Shown here piece by piece: positions 30,377 to 40,968 of a stretch of DNA of 64,000 bases. How positions within the stretch are numbered: the first letter of the stretch is position 1; every line of letters starts with the position of its first letter. A program made the translations under genes and the position numbers. This stretch comes from Spirochaetota bacterium (lineage in GTDB: Bacteria > Spirochaetota > UBA4802 > UBA5550). The notes under the pieces are model-generated. The model made no database searches. It worked only from the letters and a program-made list of their open reading frames with translations, and had not been told where the DNA came from. The stretch is taken from contig JBNKTL010000007.1 of the NCBI GenBank assembly GCA_050298055.1, forward strand, positions 66,024 through 130,023, given 5' to 3'.

Positions 30377-31624
30377 ATGATTTACCACTACCAGGCCCTG
30401 GATAAAAAAGGAGAAAATGTCTCAGATTTTATTGATGCCCCCTCCGAGAACTCGGCGAGACAGAAAATACGGCAGAAGGGATTCTATCCCGTTAAGCTTG
30501 AGAGAAAGGATATCAGTACTGAGAGCAAGGATGAAAAAGGCGGTCGTTTTAAGTTCCTCTTTGACAGGATAGCTTATCTCCTGGGCACGCGGTTTATCAG
30601 CAAACAGGTAGGGCTCTTCTCCCGGCAGCTTGCCACCCTTCTCAAAGCCGGCATGCAGCTCCCCATGGCAATATCCAATATCATCGAACAGATCGAAAAC
30701 AAGCATTTCAGGAATATTATCGCCGATGTAAAGGAGAAGCTTGAAGAGGGCTCCTCATTCTCCAACGCGCTTAAGAGACACAGGAACGCTTTCTCCGATA
30801 TGTATGTGAGTATGGTCCTGGTTGGGGAAAATCTCGGGTCCCTGGACCATGTTATGGAGAGGCTTGCGGAATCCGAAGAGAAAAGGCTGATGATGAAAAA
30901 CAAGGTCCAGGCAGCCCTCTACTACCCGGCATTCATGCTTGTTTTTGCAATCATTGTTGTTGTGTTCCTGATGATAAATGTTATACCCTCCATATCGGAA
31001 ATGTTTATTGAACAGAACAAAAAACTTCCCCTTTCCACGGAAATTGTCATCGCGGTGAGTGATTTTCTTTCGTACACCTGGTATCTCATTCCCTTCCTGA
31101 TACTGGGAATTATCTACCTGGTAAAAAGGACAGCCCGTTCAAAAGAAGGGAAAAGGAAACTGGATGAATACAAGCTGAAAATTCCGTTGATAAAAGGTTT
31201 ATACAAAAAGAACCTTGTCTACAGGTTCACGCAAAATCTCGGCATTCTTATGGACAACAAGGTGGACATTATCAAATCTTTTGAAATTGTGGGAAAGATC
31301 GTGGATAATTCGGTTGTTGAAGAGAAGATCATCGAAGCGGGAAAGCAGATCAAAGAGGGTTCTTCCATCTCCAACGCCCTTAAAAAGTCTGAGTTCCTGC
31401 CAAAAATGGTCCTGGGCATGATAGCGGCAGGTGAAGCCAGCGACCAGCTTGATGCCATGATGCTGAATATCGGGAAGGTCTATGAGACGGAAATAGAGCT
31501 GACAATCACAAGTCTTACAAACCTTCTGGAGCCTGTTATTATCATTATCATGGGATTGTTGATAGGAACAATCGTTATGGCGGTTATGCTGCCCATGATG
31601 GAGATGAACCTGCTGGTTCAGTAA
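30377..31624 (+). CDS. gspF: Type II secretion inner membrane protein F
   Basis: FSRQLATLLKAG, GE..GSLD, ALYYP, GEAS, LLEP. Confidence 0.95.
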   Translation: MIYHYQALDKKGENVSDFIDAPSENSARQKIRQKGFYPVKLERKDISTESKDEKGGRFKFLFDRIAYLLGTRFISKQVGLFSRQLATLLKAGMQLPMAISNIIEQIENKHFRNIIADVKEKLEEGSSFSNALKRHRNAFSDMYVSMVLVGENLGSLDHVMERLAESEEKRLMMKNKVQAALYYPAFMLVFAIIVVVFLMINVIPSISEMFIEQNKKLPLSTEIVIAVSDFLSYTWYLIPFLILGIIYLVKRTARSKEGKRKLDEYKLKIPLIKGLYKKNLVYRFTQNLGILMDNKVDIIKSFEIVGKIVDNSVVEEKIIEAGKQIKEGSSISNALKKSEFLPKMVLGMIAAGEASDQLDAMMLNIGKVYETEIELTITSLTNLLEPVIIIIMGLLIGTIVMAVMLPMMEMNLLVQ

Positions 31625-31655
31625 ATTTTTAAAATTCATTTCAAGGAGTGGTTTA

Positions 31656-32096
31656 ATGAGAGTATATATTAAAAGAAAAATGAAAGAGCTCACAGCAGAG
31701 CTGAAAGATAATTCGGGTGTGACACTTATAGAGATCCTCATCGTTGTGGCCATTCTGGCGATCATGGGCGGGCTTGTTGTTCCCCGGCTCATGGATCTCC
31801 CCAAGAAGGCAAAGGTTACTGCCGCAAAAACAGATATCAGAACATTTTCAACCGTACTGGACCTCTATGCATCTGAAGGTGACCTGCCCACAAATGAGGA
31901 GGGGCTCCAGAAACTGGTTGATGACGGAAAGATCAAAAAGGGAAAAAATGTACTCAATGATCCCTGGGGACATCCCTATGAGTACAGGTCTCCCGGTGAG
32001 GCTGATGAGAGCAATCCCTACGAAGTGTGGAGTTACGGCGCCGACGGGAAACCGGGCGGAGAAGGATTTGATGCCGATATAAAGAGCTGGGAGTAG
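31656..32096 (+). CDS. gspG: Major pseudopilin
   Basis: G|VTLIEILIVVAIL, DPWGHPY.Y.SPG, SYGADG..GGEG..ADI. Confidence 0.95.
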   Translation: MRVYIKRKMKELTAELKDNSGVTLIEILIVVAILAIMGGLVVPRLMDLPKKAKVTAAKTDIRTFSTVLDLYASEGDLPTNEEGLQKLVDDGKIKKGKNVLNDPWGHPYEYRSPGEADESNPYEVWSYGADGKPGGEGFDADIKSWE

Positions 32097-32098
32097 CA

Positions 32099-32686
32099 GT
32101 GTCATTTTTCCATTCTTTTAAAATAAGGGTCCTGAAGAGCCAGAAAGGGGTGACCCTTGTGGAGATCCTTGTAGCGGCCCTCATTATCTCCATACTTGTG
32201 GGTACCGTAGGGCCCCGGGTAACAGGTTTTTTCAGCAGTAAACGTGAAAACCTGGCCATTTTCACAGGCATTATTAAAAAGGTCTTTGATGATGCCTTTT
32301 TAAACGACAGGATAAATTATCTGGTCATCCATCTTGCCGATTCGGCCCTGTCTGAATCTGAAAACGAAGAAGAAAATGATGTGATGACAAGGGAGAACGG
32401 CATGTCTGTCGTAAACCTGGTGAATGGAAGATTTGTGGAGAGCAAACGAAAACTCTTTCAGAACAAGAGCTTCCCCGATTCCTTCAGGATTGATGAAGTG
32501 GTTCTCCATACCGGTGAAATAATCACCGGCGGCAATGTCATGGTCCCCTTCTATCCCCAGGGATATTCGGATAATGTTATCATTCACCTGATTGTCAATG
32601 ACGAGGAGAGGTTTTCGATAAGGATATATAAACAGCTCAAAGAACCGGAGATTGAAAAGGGATATACTTTTTTTGACAGGGTGTGA
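32099..32686 (+). CDS. gspH: Minor pseudopilin H
   Basis: G|VTLVEIL prepilin site, FYPQG motif, position. Confidence 0.8.
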   Translation: MSFFHSFKIRVLKSQKGVTLVEILVAALIISILVGTVGPRVTGFFSSKRENLAIFTGIIKKVFDDAFLNDRINYLVIHLADSALSESENEEENDVMTRENGMSVVNLVNGRFVESKRKLFQNKSFPDSFRIDEVVLHTGEIITGGNVMVPFYPQGYSDNVIIHLIVNDEERFSIRIYKQLKEPEIEKGYTFFDRV

Positions 32687-33069
32687 TGAGACGCTTTTTC
32701 AAACAGAGAAAAGGTTTTGCCCTTGTGGAGATACTGATAGCGATCACAATACTTTCAATGCTCCTTCTCAGTATCTATACCAGTGTTTCGGCAAGTATCG
32801 GGGTTATTTCCGGAACGAAAAATTACACCCGGGCGATGATTATTGCCAAATCAAAAATGAATGAATTCATTCTCCTGAGGATGAGAGGGTCGGATATCAG
32901 CAGGGAATCCGTAAAAGAATATGAAGATTTCACTTTCAGCAGGGAAACCACGAGGTATGAGAACGAACTCCTGGGACCAATTCCCGCCCAGAAAACCGAT
33001 ATTACTGTCTTCTGGAAGGAAAACGGGAGAGAGAAAAAATACTCGCTTTCATATATCTATGCCAAATAA
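32683..33069 (+). CDS. gspI: Minor pseudopilin I
   Basis: G|FALVEILIAI, V.W motif, position. Confidence 0.8.
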   Translation: MMRRFFKQRKGFALVEILIAITILSMLLLSIYTSVSASIGVISGTKNYTRAMIIAKSKMNEFILLRMRGSDISRESVKEYEDFTFSRETTRYENELLGPIPAQKTDITVFWKENGREKKYSLSYIYAK

Positions 33070-33727
33070 ACGCATATCAAAAACCTCAGAGGGCATATTT
33101 TCAAACGGAGGATTTACACTTATAGAGATCCTCGTTGCTACTGCCATTGCGTCACTGATCATGATCATGGTGACCACGGCATATAACTCTATGGTTGCAT
33201 CGATTAGAGAAGTTACTCTTTACGCGGGATTCTATGAAGATGTTAACCTGGCAATCTACAGGATCGATAAGGATATTTCCAATATCTATTTCAATAAATT
33301 GAATAAAAATATCAGTTTTATTGCAGATAAGGAGAATGAAAACAGCATTCTGAATTTTGTGACAACCGAATACCTCAAATTCAATATTCTGGGTAGCATC
33401 AAACGCCCTGTCCCGTCAAGTGACATCAAGGAGGTGGGTTATTACCTGGAGAGTGACAGGAAGAGTAAAAACCACAGCTGGCTCCTTATCAGAAGAGAGG
33501 ACAAACACTATGATAACGAACCCCTGGAAGGCGGTGAAACGAATATTCTCCTGAGAAATGTTGTCAGCCTCGATTTCTCCTTCAAACAGGGTAACGACTG
33601 GACTGAAAGATGGGATTCCCGGCAGAATAAAAGAATCCCTTCTGCGGTCAAAACAAGACTGGTAATTATAAATAATAAAAATAAAGAGGAAGTTTTTGAG
33701 TTTATATCAGCTTTGAATATGAACTAA
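33059..33727 (+). CDS. gspJ: Minor pseudopilin J
   Basis: G|FTLIEILVA, EVGYYL, W..RWDS...IP.AV; start set at MPNK. Confidence 0.85.
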   Translation: MPNKRISKTSEGIFSNGGFTLIEILVATAIASLIMIMVTTAYNSMVASIREVTLYAGFYEDVNLAIYRIDKDISNIYFNKLNKNISFIADKENENSILNFVTTEYLKFNILGSIKRPVPSSDIKEVGYYLESDRKSKNHSWLLIRREDKHYDNEPLEGGETNILLRNVVSLDFSFKQGNDWTERWDSRQNKRIPSAVKTRLVIINNKNKEEVFEFISALNMN

Positions 33728-33749
33728 CAGACTTTTCAGAGATAAAACG

Positions 33750-34988
33750 GTGTTAAAAGAAGCTCTAAAGAAGATCAGGGAAAACTATGAGGAGAGGAGG
33801 ATCCGGCTTCACTCACGGGGTGTATACCGCTACATTGCGGGCAGCGGAGGATATGTTCTTATTATCGTCCTTATTATCACCACTCTCCTTATCACTCTCG
33901 CGGGGGATTTTCTCATAGCATCACAGACAAACATCGGTTATATGAGAAAATTCAGCAAGAGGCTGCAGGCACTTCACCTGGCAAAATCGGGTATGGAACT
34001 GGGAAAGGTCATTTTGCAGGCAGACAAGAGCGGTGCTGCGGGCAGTTTCTTTTCAGGAAAGTCAGCCGATAAGAACATCGACAGCTATAAAGATATATGG
34101 GCAATCGATTTCCCTGAAATACCCTTTGAAAACGGTACAATTAAGATAAAAATTACCGATGAAAACTCCAAGATAAACCTGAGTGTACTTGCCAATGAAT
34201 TCGTTGATAAAACCACCTATTATGGTATTACACAGCGTTTCTTCATGAACATGGGGCTTCCCATTGATTTTGCCGATGTTATCATCGACTGGGTTGATAT
34301 TGACGATGCCAGCTTCCCCTATGGAGCGGAATCAGGGGATTACTACATGAGCCTTAAGGACCCCTACCCCGCCAAGAACAATGCAATGAACAGCATCGAT
34401 GAGATGCTTCTTCTCAAAGACATGACACCTGAGATTTTTTACGGAATGGGCGGCGGAAATTCAGGACTGGAAGAAAACCTTGCCGATCACAATAGGGGAG
34501 ATACCTCTTTCAGCTTTGATATGGATGATATTGGGGAAAAGATGAAAGAGTTGGGGCAAACAACAAAACAGAATATTCATGAAAACGATAATGAAATATT
34601 AGCGAGACGAATTGGAAAGGAGAAGAGCAGAAGGCTTTCAGACTATTTCAGGGTCCATGGGAAGCGTGAGGTCTACAATGATGAACTCAATAAGATAAAT
34701 ATCAACACCGCATCCTATAGGGTCCTCTCATCATTAACAGAGAATATACCCGACGATATTGTAACAGAGATTATCAGCCGGAGGTTAGCGAGTCCTTTTA
34801 AATCGGTTGATGAGATCAAGGACCTTATGGACACGGAGGCATTCAGCAACCTGAAGAGTAACATCCTGAGTGTTAAATCCTATATTTTTAAAATTGAATC
34901 TACTGCTAAAGTAGTGGACACAAAAATAACCATTACGGCAATATACAACAGGAGCAGCAAAAAATTTCTCTACTGGTCTGAAGAATAG
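33750..34988 (+). CDS. gspK: Minor pseudopilin K
   Basis: G|YVLIIVL, I.DENSKINL, IIDWVD.D, GAE, KININTA. Confidence 0.9.
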   Translation: MLKEALKKIRENYEERRIRLHSRGVYRYIAGSGGYVLIIVLIITTLLITLAGDFLIASQTNIGYMRKFSKRLQALHLAKSGMELGKVILQADKSGAAGSFFSGKSADKNIDSYKDIWAIDFPEIPFENGTIKIKITDENSKINLSVLANEFVDKTTYYGITQRFFMNMGLPIDFADVIIDWVDIDDASFPYGAESGDYYMSLKDPYPAKNNAMNSIDEMLLLKDMTPEIFYGMGGGNSGLEENLADHNRGDTSFSFDMDDIGEKMKELGQTTKQNIHENDNEILARRIGKEKSRRLSDYFRVHGKREVYNDELNKININTASYRVLSSLTENIPDDIVTEIISRRLASPFKSVDEIKDLMDTEAFSNLKSNILSVKSYIFKIESTAKVVDTKITITAIYNRSSKKFLYWSEE

Positions 34989-35005
34989 GTGTCAGGAGTA
35001 TTGTC

Positions 35006-36637
35006 TTGTTTGAAAATATTGCGGCAATTGATATTGGAACATCATCCGTTAAAGTGATCACCGTAAAGACAGGTTTGAGAGACTTCCAGGTGAAATCTTT
35101 CGCGTATGAGGATATTGACCTGAATGTCGAAGACCCGGGTGAAGCCCTGAATGACGCACTCTCCCGGGTTTTGCGGGAGGAGGATATTACGGAGATGAAG
35201 ACCATCACCACCCTCCCCATGGAGAGAGCCGTCATTAGAAACGTGACCTTCCCGTTCAGCGATGTTGAAAAAATCGCTGAAGCAATACCCTATGAGGCAG
35301 AAGAGAACATTCCCTTTCATATCGACCAGATGGTCCTGGATTTTCAGTCCCTGAAAAGTGACAGCAGGGAAGAAGGGAGAATACTTCTTGCCGCAACGCA
35401 TAAAGAGGGAATGCACCAGTTTATAAGAGTCCTGGGAGAACAGAATATCAGGCCAGTGGTTATGAAGCTTGAAGCGAACTGCCTTTTCGAATGTTACAGG
35501 TACTTTAACACAATAGAAGACGAATCTGTCATACAGCTCCATGTGGGAAACAGCAAGACACTGATAAACATCATTCGGGATAACAACCTGCTTTATACCC
35601 GGTCAGTATCCATGGGGATTTCCCACATCAGGAAAGAAATATCTGGAATACTCAAACTTTCCCCTGCGGAAACTTCCCGGGTGTTCGATCAACTCTCTCT
35701 GGACATTACCTCCTTTGAAAATAATGTACAGAAGGGAATTTACAGGAACCTTGATATTACAAAACCGAAACTGAAAAAGATATTTAATGCGGCCATTGAG
35801 GTTATAGAGGACCTCGGCGAACAGATCAACCTTACCGTCAAGGCCTTCTCTGTGAATACCGGTGATCTTGATTTTAACAGGCTGCTTATTTCCGGCGGCG
35901 GATCTAACCTTGCCGGGATAGGCACAAGGATCTCCAAAGGTCTCGGCATTCCTGTTGTGGCCCTTCCTTTCCTGGAGGATTACAAAGAGCAGAAACTCCA
36001 GACACAGTTCCCCGTTGTTTTCGGGGCCATACTCTCATATCTCAACAAAAAATCATATTCCATTAATTTTCTCAAGGGTGAATTTCTCCCGGATGTTGAC
36101 AGGTCTTCACGGAAGGTCTACTATCTCTCCGGAATGTTTCTCGCTGCCACGCTCCTCGTATTATTAATAAATATAATTATCTCAACTGTTTTAACCTCAA
36201 AATCAAACAGCCAATATGACAGGATCATTGCAGATAAATACAAGCGGTACTTCAAGGGGAAAAATGTCCCGGAAAATCCCATTGCAGAAGCAAACAAAAA
36301 AATAAAGAAGGAAAAAGCCGAACTTGATAATATACGAGTGCTTGTAAAACATGATGCTTCGGTCCTGGATCTTTTAAATGATATCCTCCTCAACTTCAAG
36401 GGACAGGAAAACTTTGAACTGAAAAACCTTGTTATCAATGAAAGGATTATCAGGTTTGACGGCTCTGTGGGAACCAGTAACACAATCGATGACTTCAAGG
36501 AGAAGTTAATAAAAAGCAAAAAGTATGATTCGGTTTCATTGAACATTAAGCTGTCCAGGAAAAACGATGTCCGGTTTACCATGACAATTAAACAGAAGAG
36601 TGAGAAGGACATAAAAAAGAAAGGTAAACAAAAATGA
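35006..36637 (+). CDS. gspL: Type II secretion protein L with PilM/actin-like cytoplasmic domain
   Basis: IDIGTSSVK, ISGGGSNL.G, INFLKGEF, one TM, periplasmic tail. Confidence 0.82.
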   Translation: MFENIAAIDIGTSSVKVITVKTGLRDFQVKSFAYEDIDLNVEDPGEALNDALSRVLREEDITEMKTITTLPMERAVIRNVTFPFSDVEKIAEAIPYEAEENIPFHIDQMVLDFQSLKSDSREEGRILLAATHKEGMHQFIRVLGEQNIRPVVMKLEANCLFECYRYFNTIEDESVIQLHVGNSKTLINIIRDNNLLYTRSVSMGISHIRKEISGILKLSPAETSRVFDQLSLDITSFENNVQKGIYRNLDITKPKLKKIFNAAIEVIEDLGEQINLTVKAFSVNTGDLDFNRLLISGGGSNLAGIGTRISKGLGIPVVALPFLEDYKEQKLQTQFPVVFGAILSYLNKKSYSINFLKGEFLPDVDRSSRKVYYLSGMFLAATLLVLLINIIISTVLTSKSNSQYDRIIADKYKRYFKGKNVPENPIAEANKKIKKEKAELDNIRVLVKHDASVLDLLNDILLNFKGQENFELKNLVINERIIRFDGSVGTSNTIDDFKEKLIKSKKYDSVSLNIKLSRKNDVRFTMTIKQKSEKDIKKKGKQK

Positions 36638-37149
36638 TCAGTCTTACTGACAGAGAGAAGAAACTTCTTACAATCCTGGTTGCATTTACCGGGGTAGTGC
36701 TGGTTTACTTTGTTATCATCAGACCCATTGTGGAATTCAAATCAGGTCTGGAAACTGAGTATCAGACAAATCTCCAGAGGCTTAATTCTCTTGATAAGCT
36801 CTACGAAGAATATCTTCAACTGAGAGAGGAGAAGGAGAAATACCAGAATTTACTCAGAAGCAACGAAGGCGTTACTGCTCTTATTGAAAACATAGCAAAG
36901 CAGACAAATATCCTTAATAACAAGGTCTATACCAGGGACAACCCGAGCAATATTCAGGGTAAATTCAAAAAAGTCTCAACCGAAGTCAAGTTTGAAGGTG
37001 TTGACATGAGATCAATGATGAACTTTATTTATAAGCTGGAAAATTCAAACAAGATAATAAAAATTGCCTATATGAGAGTCCGGCTGGCACTGAAAGGCAA
37101 GGATGTATACGACGTCACCCTGAAAATAGACAGCTATACTTCACTTTAA
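36634..37149 (+). CDS. gspM: Type II secretion protein M
   Basis: LTDREK + TM + coiled coil; position. Confidence 0.82.
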   Translation: MISLTDREKKLLTILVAFTGVVLVYFVIIRPIVEFKSGLETEYQTNLQRLNSLDKLYEEYLQLREEKEKYQNLLRSNEGVTALIENIAKQTNILNNKVYTRDNPSNIQGKFKKVSTEVKFEGVDMRSMMNFIYKLENSNKIIKIAYMRVRLALKGKDVYDVTLKIDSYTSL

Positions 37150-37157
37150 ACGAAACG

Positions 37158-37280
37158 TTACGGCTCAGCTCTATGGCAAAAATATATGTATTTACAATAA
37201 ATACCGGTAATATGTCCCCGCCGCCGAAGGCGGCGGAGACATATCAGTTGTGTATTGTATAATACAGAGCTTAGTCATAG
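37158..37280 (+). repeat. Palindromic element copy C between gspM and gspN (core 37209-37244)
   Basis: ttacggctcagctctat ... aatatgtccccgccgcc-gaa-ggcggcggagacatat ... acagagcttagtcatag. Confidence 0.85.
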
Positions 37281-37307
37281 CAATGAAATGTATATACGGA
37301 TGTAAGC

Positions 37308-38279
37308 ATGGATATATCAAATATTAAAAGCAGTGCGGGAGAATTTTTTAAAAGAGCAGCGGTAAAACTCAGAGAAACCCTTGCCCTTCCCTATGCCAAA
37401 ACATATATTGTGTTATCAATACTCATTACAGCTTTTATTACTGTGATGATGTTCCCCTATGATATGCTGCTGAGAAATCAATTACAGAAACTGGAAAAAA
37501 AATATGTTAGCAGCATCTATATAGGAAACATTGACACAAGCCTTATTGATGTTACGGTCATTGAGAGTCTTCATACCGTTTTTAAAAACAGTAATGAACT
37601 TACTATGGGCTCTATAACCCTGAATCCTTCAATCAATCCCTATACACTTTTCTATAAAAATAATATAAAAACTGATCTCCAGATTTCAAAGCTCAGCTAC
37701 AAGACCTCCAATGCCGATGTCACCCTGAAGGTCAATGGAAACATCGATGTTGTTATGGATTCAAATTTTAACATGATCCAAGAGGGACATATTGTGCTTA
37801 TGATACAGAATGCACTCTTAAAGATCCCCGAAATAAAAATCCCCTCTCCTATGGGAGAATTTCCCCTGACACTCCCTGATATGAAGATCACATCCGTAAA
37901 TTTTGAATCAACAATTGAAAACCATGAACTTAAAATAAATAAATTGAATGTCTCCGGTCAGGACCTCAGAGGGAGTATAAGCGGATCTATGAAACTTGCA
38001 AATATTTTCAATAACTCTTCTCTCAATCTCATAATCACCATAGATCCGGAATCAAAAGCCCTGGCAGATTATAAAGAGATGTTAACAGGATTTCTTGATA
38101 AAAAAGGAAAGCTGACAATTCCCCTCAGAGGGACTCTGGCAAACCCGAGGACCGATATGAAAAAACCGCAAAATGAAAAAACAATGCAGGATAAATTTTC
38201 GAAACCTCCTGAAAGTCAGTTGAAACCTGAAGGACATGTTCCCGGACTGCGACGTAATAAGATTAAAAACTTTAAATAA
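37308..38279 (+). CDS. gspN: Type II secretion protein N
   Basis: TM followed by FPYD, C-terminal LRGTLANP; last gene of cluster. Confidence 0.78.
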   Translation: MDISNIKSSAGEFFKRAAVKLRETLALPYAKTYIVLSILITAFITVMMFPYDMLLRNQLQKLEKKYVSSIYIGNIDTSLIDVTVIESLHTVFKNSNELTMGSITLNPSINPYTLFYKNNIKTDLQISKLSYKTSNADVTLKVNGNIDVVMDSNFNMIQEGHIVLMIQNALLKIPEIKIPSPMGEFPLTLPDMKITSVNFESTIENHELKINKLNVSGQDLRGSISGSMKLANIFNNSSLNLIITIDPESKALADYKEMLTGFLDKKGKLTIPLRGTLANPRTDMKKPQNEKTMQDKFSKPPESQLKPEGHVPGLRRNKIKNFK

Positions 38280-38341
38280 CTAGTGAAAAGAACCATGGTA
38301 AAGTTACTTCTGAATTTGATAACGACATAAAGGTTGTAATA

Positions 38342-40105
38342 TTGAAAATTGAACTGGCAAAACATTCCGGATTCTGCATGGGCGTCCGAAACGCTATTCT
38401 TAAAATTGTTAAAGAGATAAATACCTCGTCTGAAGATATCTATATTTACGGCCCATTGATTCACAATCCACAGACAATAAATGTTCTGACCAACAGGGGG
38501 CTGAAAACCGCTACAGACCTGGAGGATATCCATGATAAAGATATCGCGATCAGGACACATGGGATCACTATTGAAGAAAACATAAAACTTAAGAAAAATG
38601 CACGACGACTGATTAATCTCACCTGTCCCCGGGTCGCACGGGTACAATCAATTATAAAAAAATACTCAAACAACGGTTATTACACCATCATCATCGGTGA
38701 CACGAATCATGCCGAGGTTATCGGTCTGAAGAGTTATGCGAAAAATGGTGTAACGGTCATTTCCCGTATGGATGATATTGCGCAAATTCCTCGGAGATCT
38801 AACTACATCCTCGTCTCTCAGACTACCCTTGATCGGCAATTCTTTGATTCTATCGTCAACACTCTCATAGAAAAATACAGGAACATTGAAATCATCGATA
38901 CCATATGTGATTCAACAAGGCTCAGGCAGGACGATGTGATCAGGGGAATAAAAAAAGGAATTGACACTCTTGTTGTCGTTGGCGGAAAGAACTCGGCAAA
39001 TACAAAGAGGCTTGCAAAGATTGGCCAGGAATCGGGAATACAGACCTTCTATATTGAAACCGAAGAGGAAATCAGCGGTCAGGATTTTGACAACGCGAAC
39101 AATGTCCTTGTAACTGCTGGTGCGTCAACACCGGGTTGGATTATCAACAATGTTCTGGAAAAGCTCTTTAACATAAAATATAAAAAAACGCATTTCATGG
39201 TCAATACCGTGAAAATCCTTCTCGAGTTAATCGTGAGGAGCAACCTTCTTTCAGCTATTGCTGCTTTTTTCATGACCCTGTTGGCACAGATCTTTTATGG
39301 TATCGATCTCGATTTCAGGTATCCTTTAATATCATTCTTTTTCATTTTTTCAATGCATTCAATCAATAATTATTTTGACCGGGATTTCCTGAAGACATGC
39401 AACTCCTATAAGTATTTGATCTATAACAGGTTTGGGATTGAACTTTTGTTTATTTCCATTCTGTTTATGTCAGCATCTGTTGTTTTTGCTGTGGACCTGA
39501 ATGCTGAATCAATTTTTATCCTTCTCTTATCATACATCTTCGGATTCACCTATTCAACAGAACCTGTTAAATCCTTCATAAAGAAGCTGCCCTTTCAATT
39601 CCTGAGAAGAATCTACAGTACAAAAATTATAACCTCTTTCGGCTGGCTGCTGGTCGTTGTTGTTCTTCCCCTGATCAATCACACCGTGGATTATCTTTTT
39701 CTTATCACACTCACTGCTCTTATCTTTGGATATGTTTTTATCAGGCACATGCTTATAGACCTCATAGCGCTCCAGGGAGATCTTATTTTTGGAAGGGAAA
39801 CACTCCCGATCCTTGCAGGGATCGGGAACATAAGGACTATCATCTACTTTTTTTCCGGTGTATCCACGCTGCTTCTTATTATCACTGCATTGTACAGCAG
39901 TGATTATCTTATTCTTTTATATATCATTAACTTTATCTATTTTTTCAAGCTTTTCAACAAGATAAACAGGATCACTTATCTGATATCACTTAAATATGAA
40001 CTGCTTGTTGACTTTAACTACCTGTTGCTGATCATCTTCAGTATAATACTCTTATACTTCAATCCCGGCGTAGACCTCTTTTCAGTATCAAGGATAATAC
40101 CATGA
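38342..40105 (+). CDS. ispH: 4-hydroxy-3-methylbut-2-enyl diphosphate reductase fused to UbiA-like membrane domain
   Basis: GFCMGV, LIHN, TCP.V, HAEV, SQTT, DTIC, SANT, AGASTP; C-terminal multi-TM with NNYFD and GD..GRETLP. Confidence 0.9.
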   Translation: MKIELAKHSGFCMGVRNAILKIVKEINTSSEDIYIYGPLIHNPQTINVLTNRGLKTATDLEDIHDKDIAIRTHGITIEENIKLKKNARRLINLTCPRVARVQSIIKKYSNNGYYTIIIGDTNHAEVIGLKSYAKNGVTVISRMDDIAQIPRRSNYILVSQTTLDRQFFDSIVNTLIEKYRNIEIIDTICDSTRLRQDDVIRGIKKGIDTLVVVGGKNSANTKRLAKIGQESGIQTFYIETEEEISGQDFDNANNVLVTAGASTPGWIINNVLEKLFNIKYKKTHFMVNTVKILLELIVRSNLLSAIAAFFMTLLAQIFYGIDLDFRYPLISFFFIFSMHSINNYFDRDFLKTCNSYKYLIYNRFGIELLFISILFMSASVVFAVDLNAESIFILLLSYIFGFTYSTEPVKSFIKKLPFQFLRRIYSTKIITSFGWLLVVVVLPLINHTVDYLFLITLTALIFGYVFIRHMLIDLIALQGDLIFGRETLPILAGIGNIRTIIYFFSGVSTLLLIITALYSSDYLILLYIINFIYFFKLFNKINRITYLISLKYELLVDFNYLLLIIFSIILLYFNPGVDLFSVSRIIP

Positions 40106-40962
40106 CTGTTAGCATAAATCAAATCAATTCTCATACGCTCCTTTACTGCATTTTCGGGAACCCGGTAAGACACTCACTTTCACCTGTTATTCATAACCTC
40201 TCATTCAGGGAGAAGGATATCAACGCTGTTTACCTGGCTTTTGAACCCGAATCCATTGGCGACTCAATAAAAGCCATAAGGTCCCTGGGTATAGCAGGTG
40301 CCAGTGTAACCATACCCTTTAAAATTGATGCAATGAAATACCTGGATGAGCTCGATCCTCTGGCCCGACATATTGGTTCAATCAATACAATTCACAACAA
40401 CAAGGGTACGCTGAAGGGCTATAATACCGACGGCTATGGAGCGGTCACATCACTCAGGGACAACGATGTTGCCATGGACGGGTCAGTTTTTATCATAATC
40501 GGCAACGGCGGTTCTGCAAGGTCCATCGGATTTACAATCCTGCAGGAGGGGGGACAGGTTATCCTGGCAGGACGGAACCGGGAGAGGGTCGAGGCATTGA
40601 GAGATGATCTTCTGAAAACCGGTCCCGGGGTAAAAGCCGTTCTCCTGGATGAACTGAACAGTGATATCATGCAAAATGTTGATGTTATTATAAACACAAC
40701 TCCCATAGGGATGCACCCGGATGTAGATTCCATCCCCCTTCGGGAAGACCTTTTAAACGAAAAACATACGGTATTTGATATTGTCTATTCCCCGGAAAAT
40801 ACACGGCTTCTTAATGCAGCATCAGCAAAAGGATGCAGAATTATCAGGGGTCTCGATATGCTGATCAACCAGGGGATAAAACAGTTTGAAATATGGACCG
40901 GACAAACGGCACCGGTGGAGCTTATAAAAGAAGAAGTGAAAAAATTGATCTATTCGAGATAA
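40102..40962 (+). CDS. aroE: Shikimate dehydrogenase
   Basis: HSLSP..HN, VTIPFK, INT, GYNTD, NTTPIGM, DIVYSP, GLDMLINQG. Confidence 0.95.
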   Translation: MTVSINQINSHTLLYCIFGNPVRHSLSPVIHNLSFREKDINAVYLAFEPESIGDSIKAIRSLGIAGASVTIPFKIDAMKYLDELDPLARHIGSINTIHNNKGTLKGYNTDGYGAVTSLRDNDVAMDGSVFIIIGNGGSARSIGFTILQEGGQVILAGRNRERVEALRDDLLKTGPGVKAVLLDELNSDIMQNVDVIINTTPIGMHPDVDSIPLREDLLNEKHTVFDIVYSPENTRLLNAASAKGCRIIRGLDMLINQGIKQFEIWTGQTAPVELIKEEVKKLIYSR

Positions 40963-40968
40963 AGCCAC

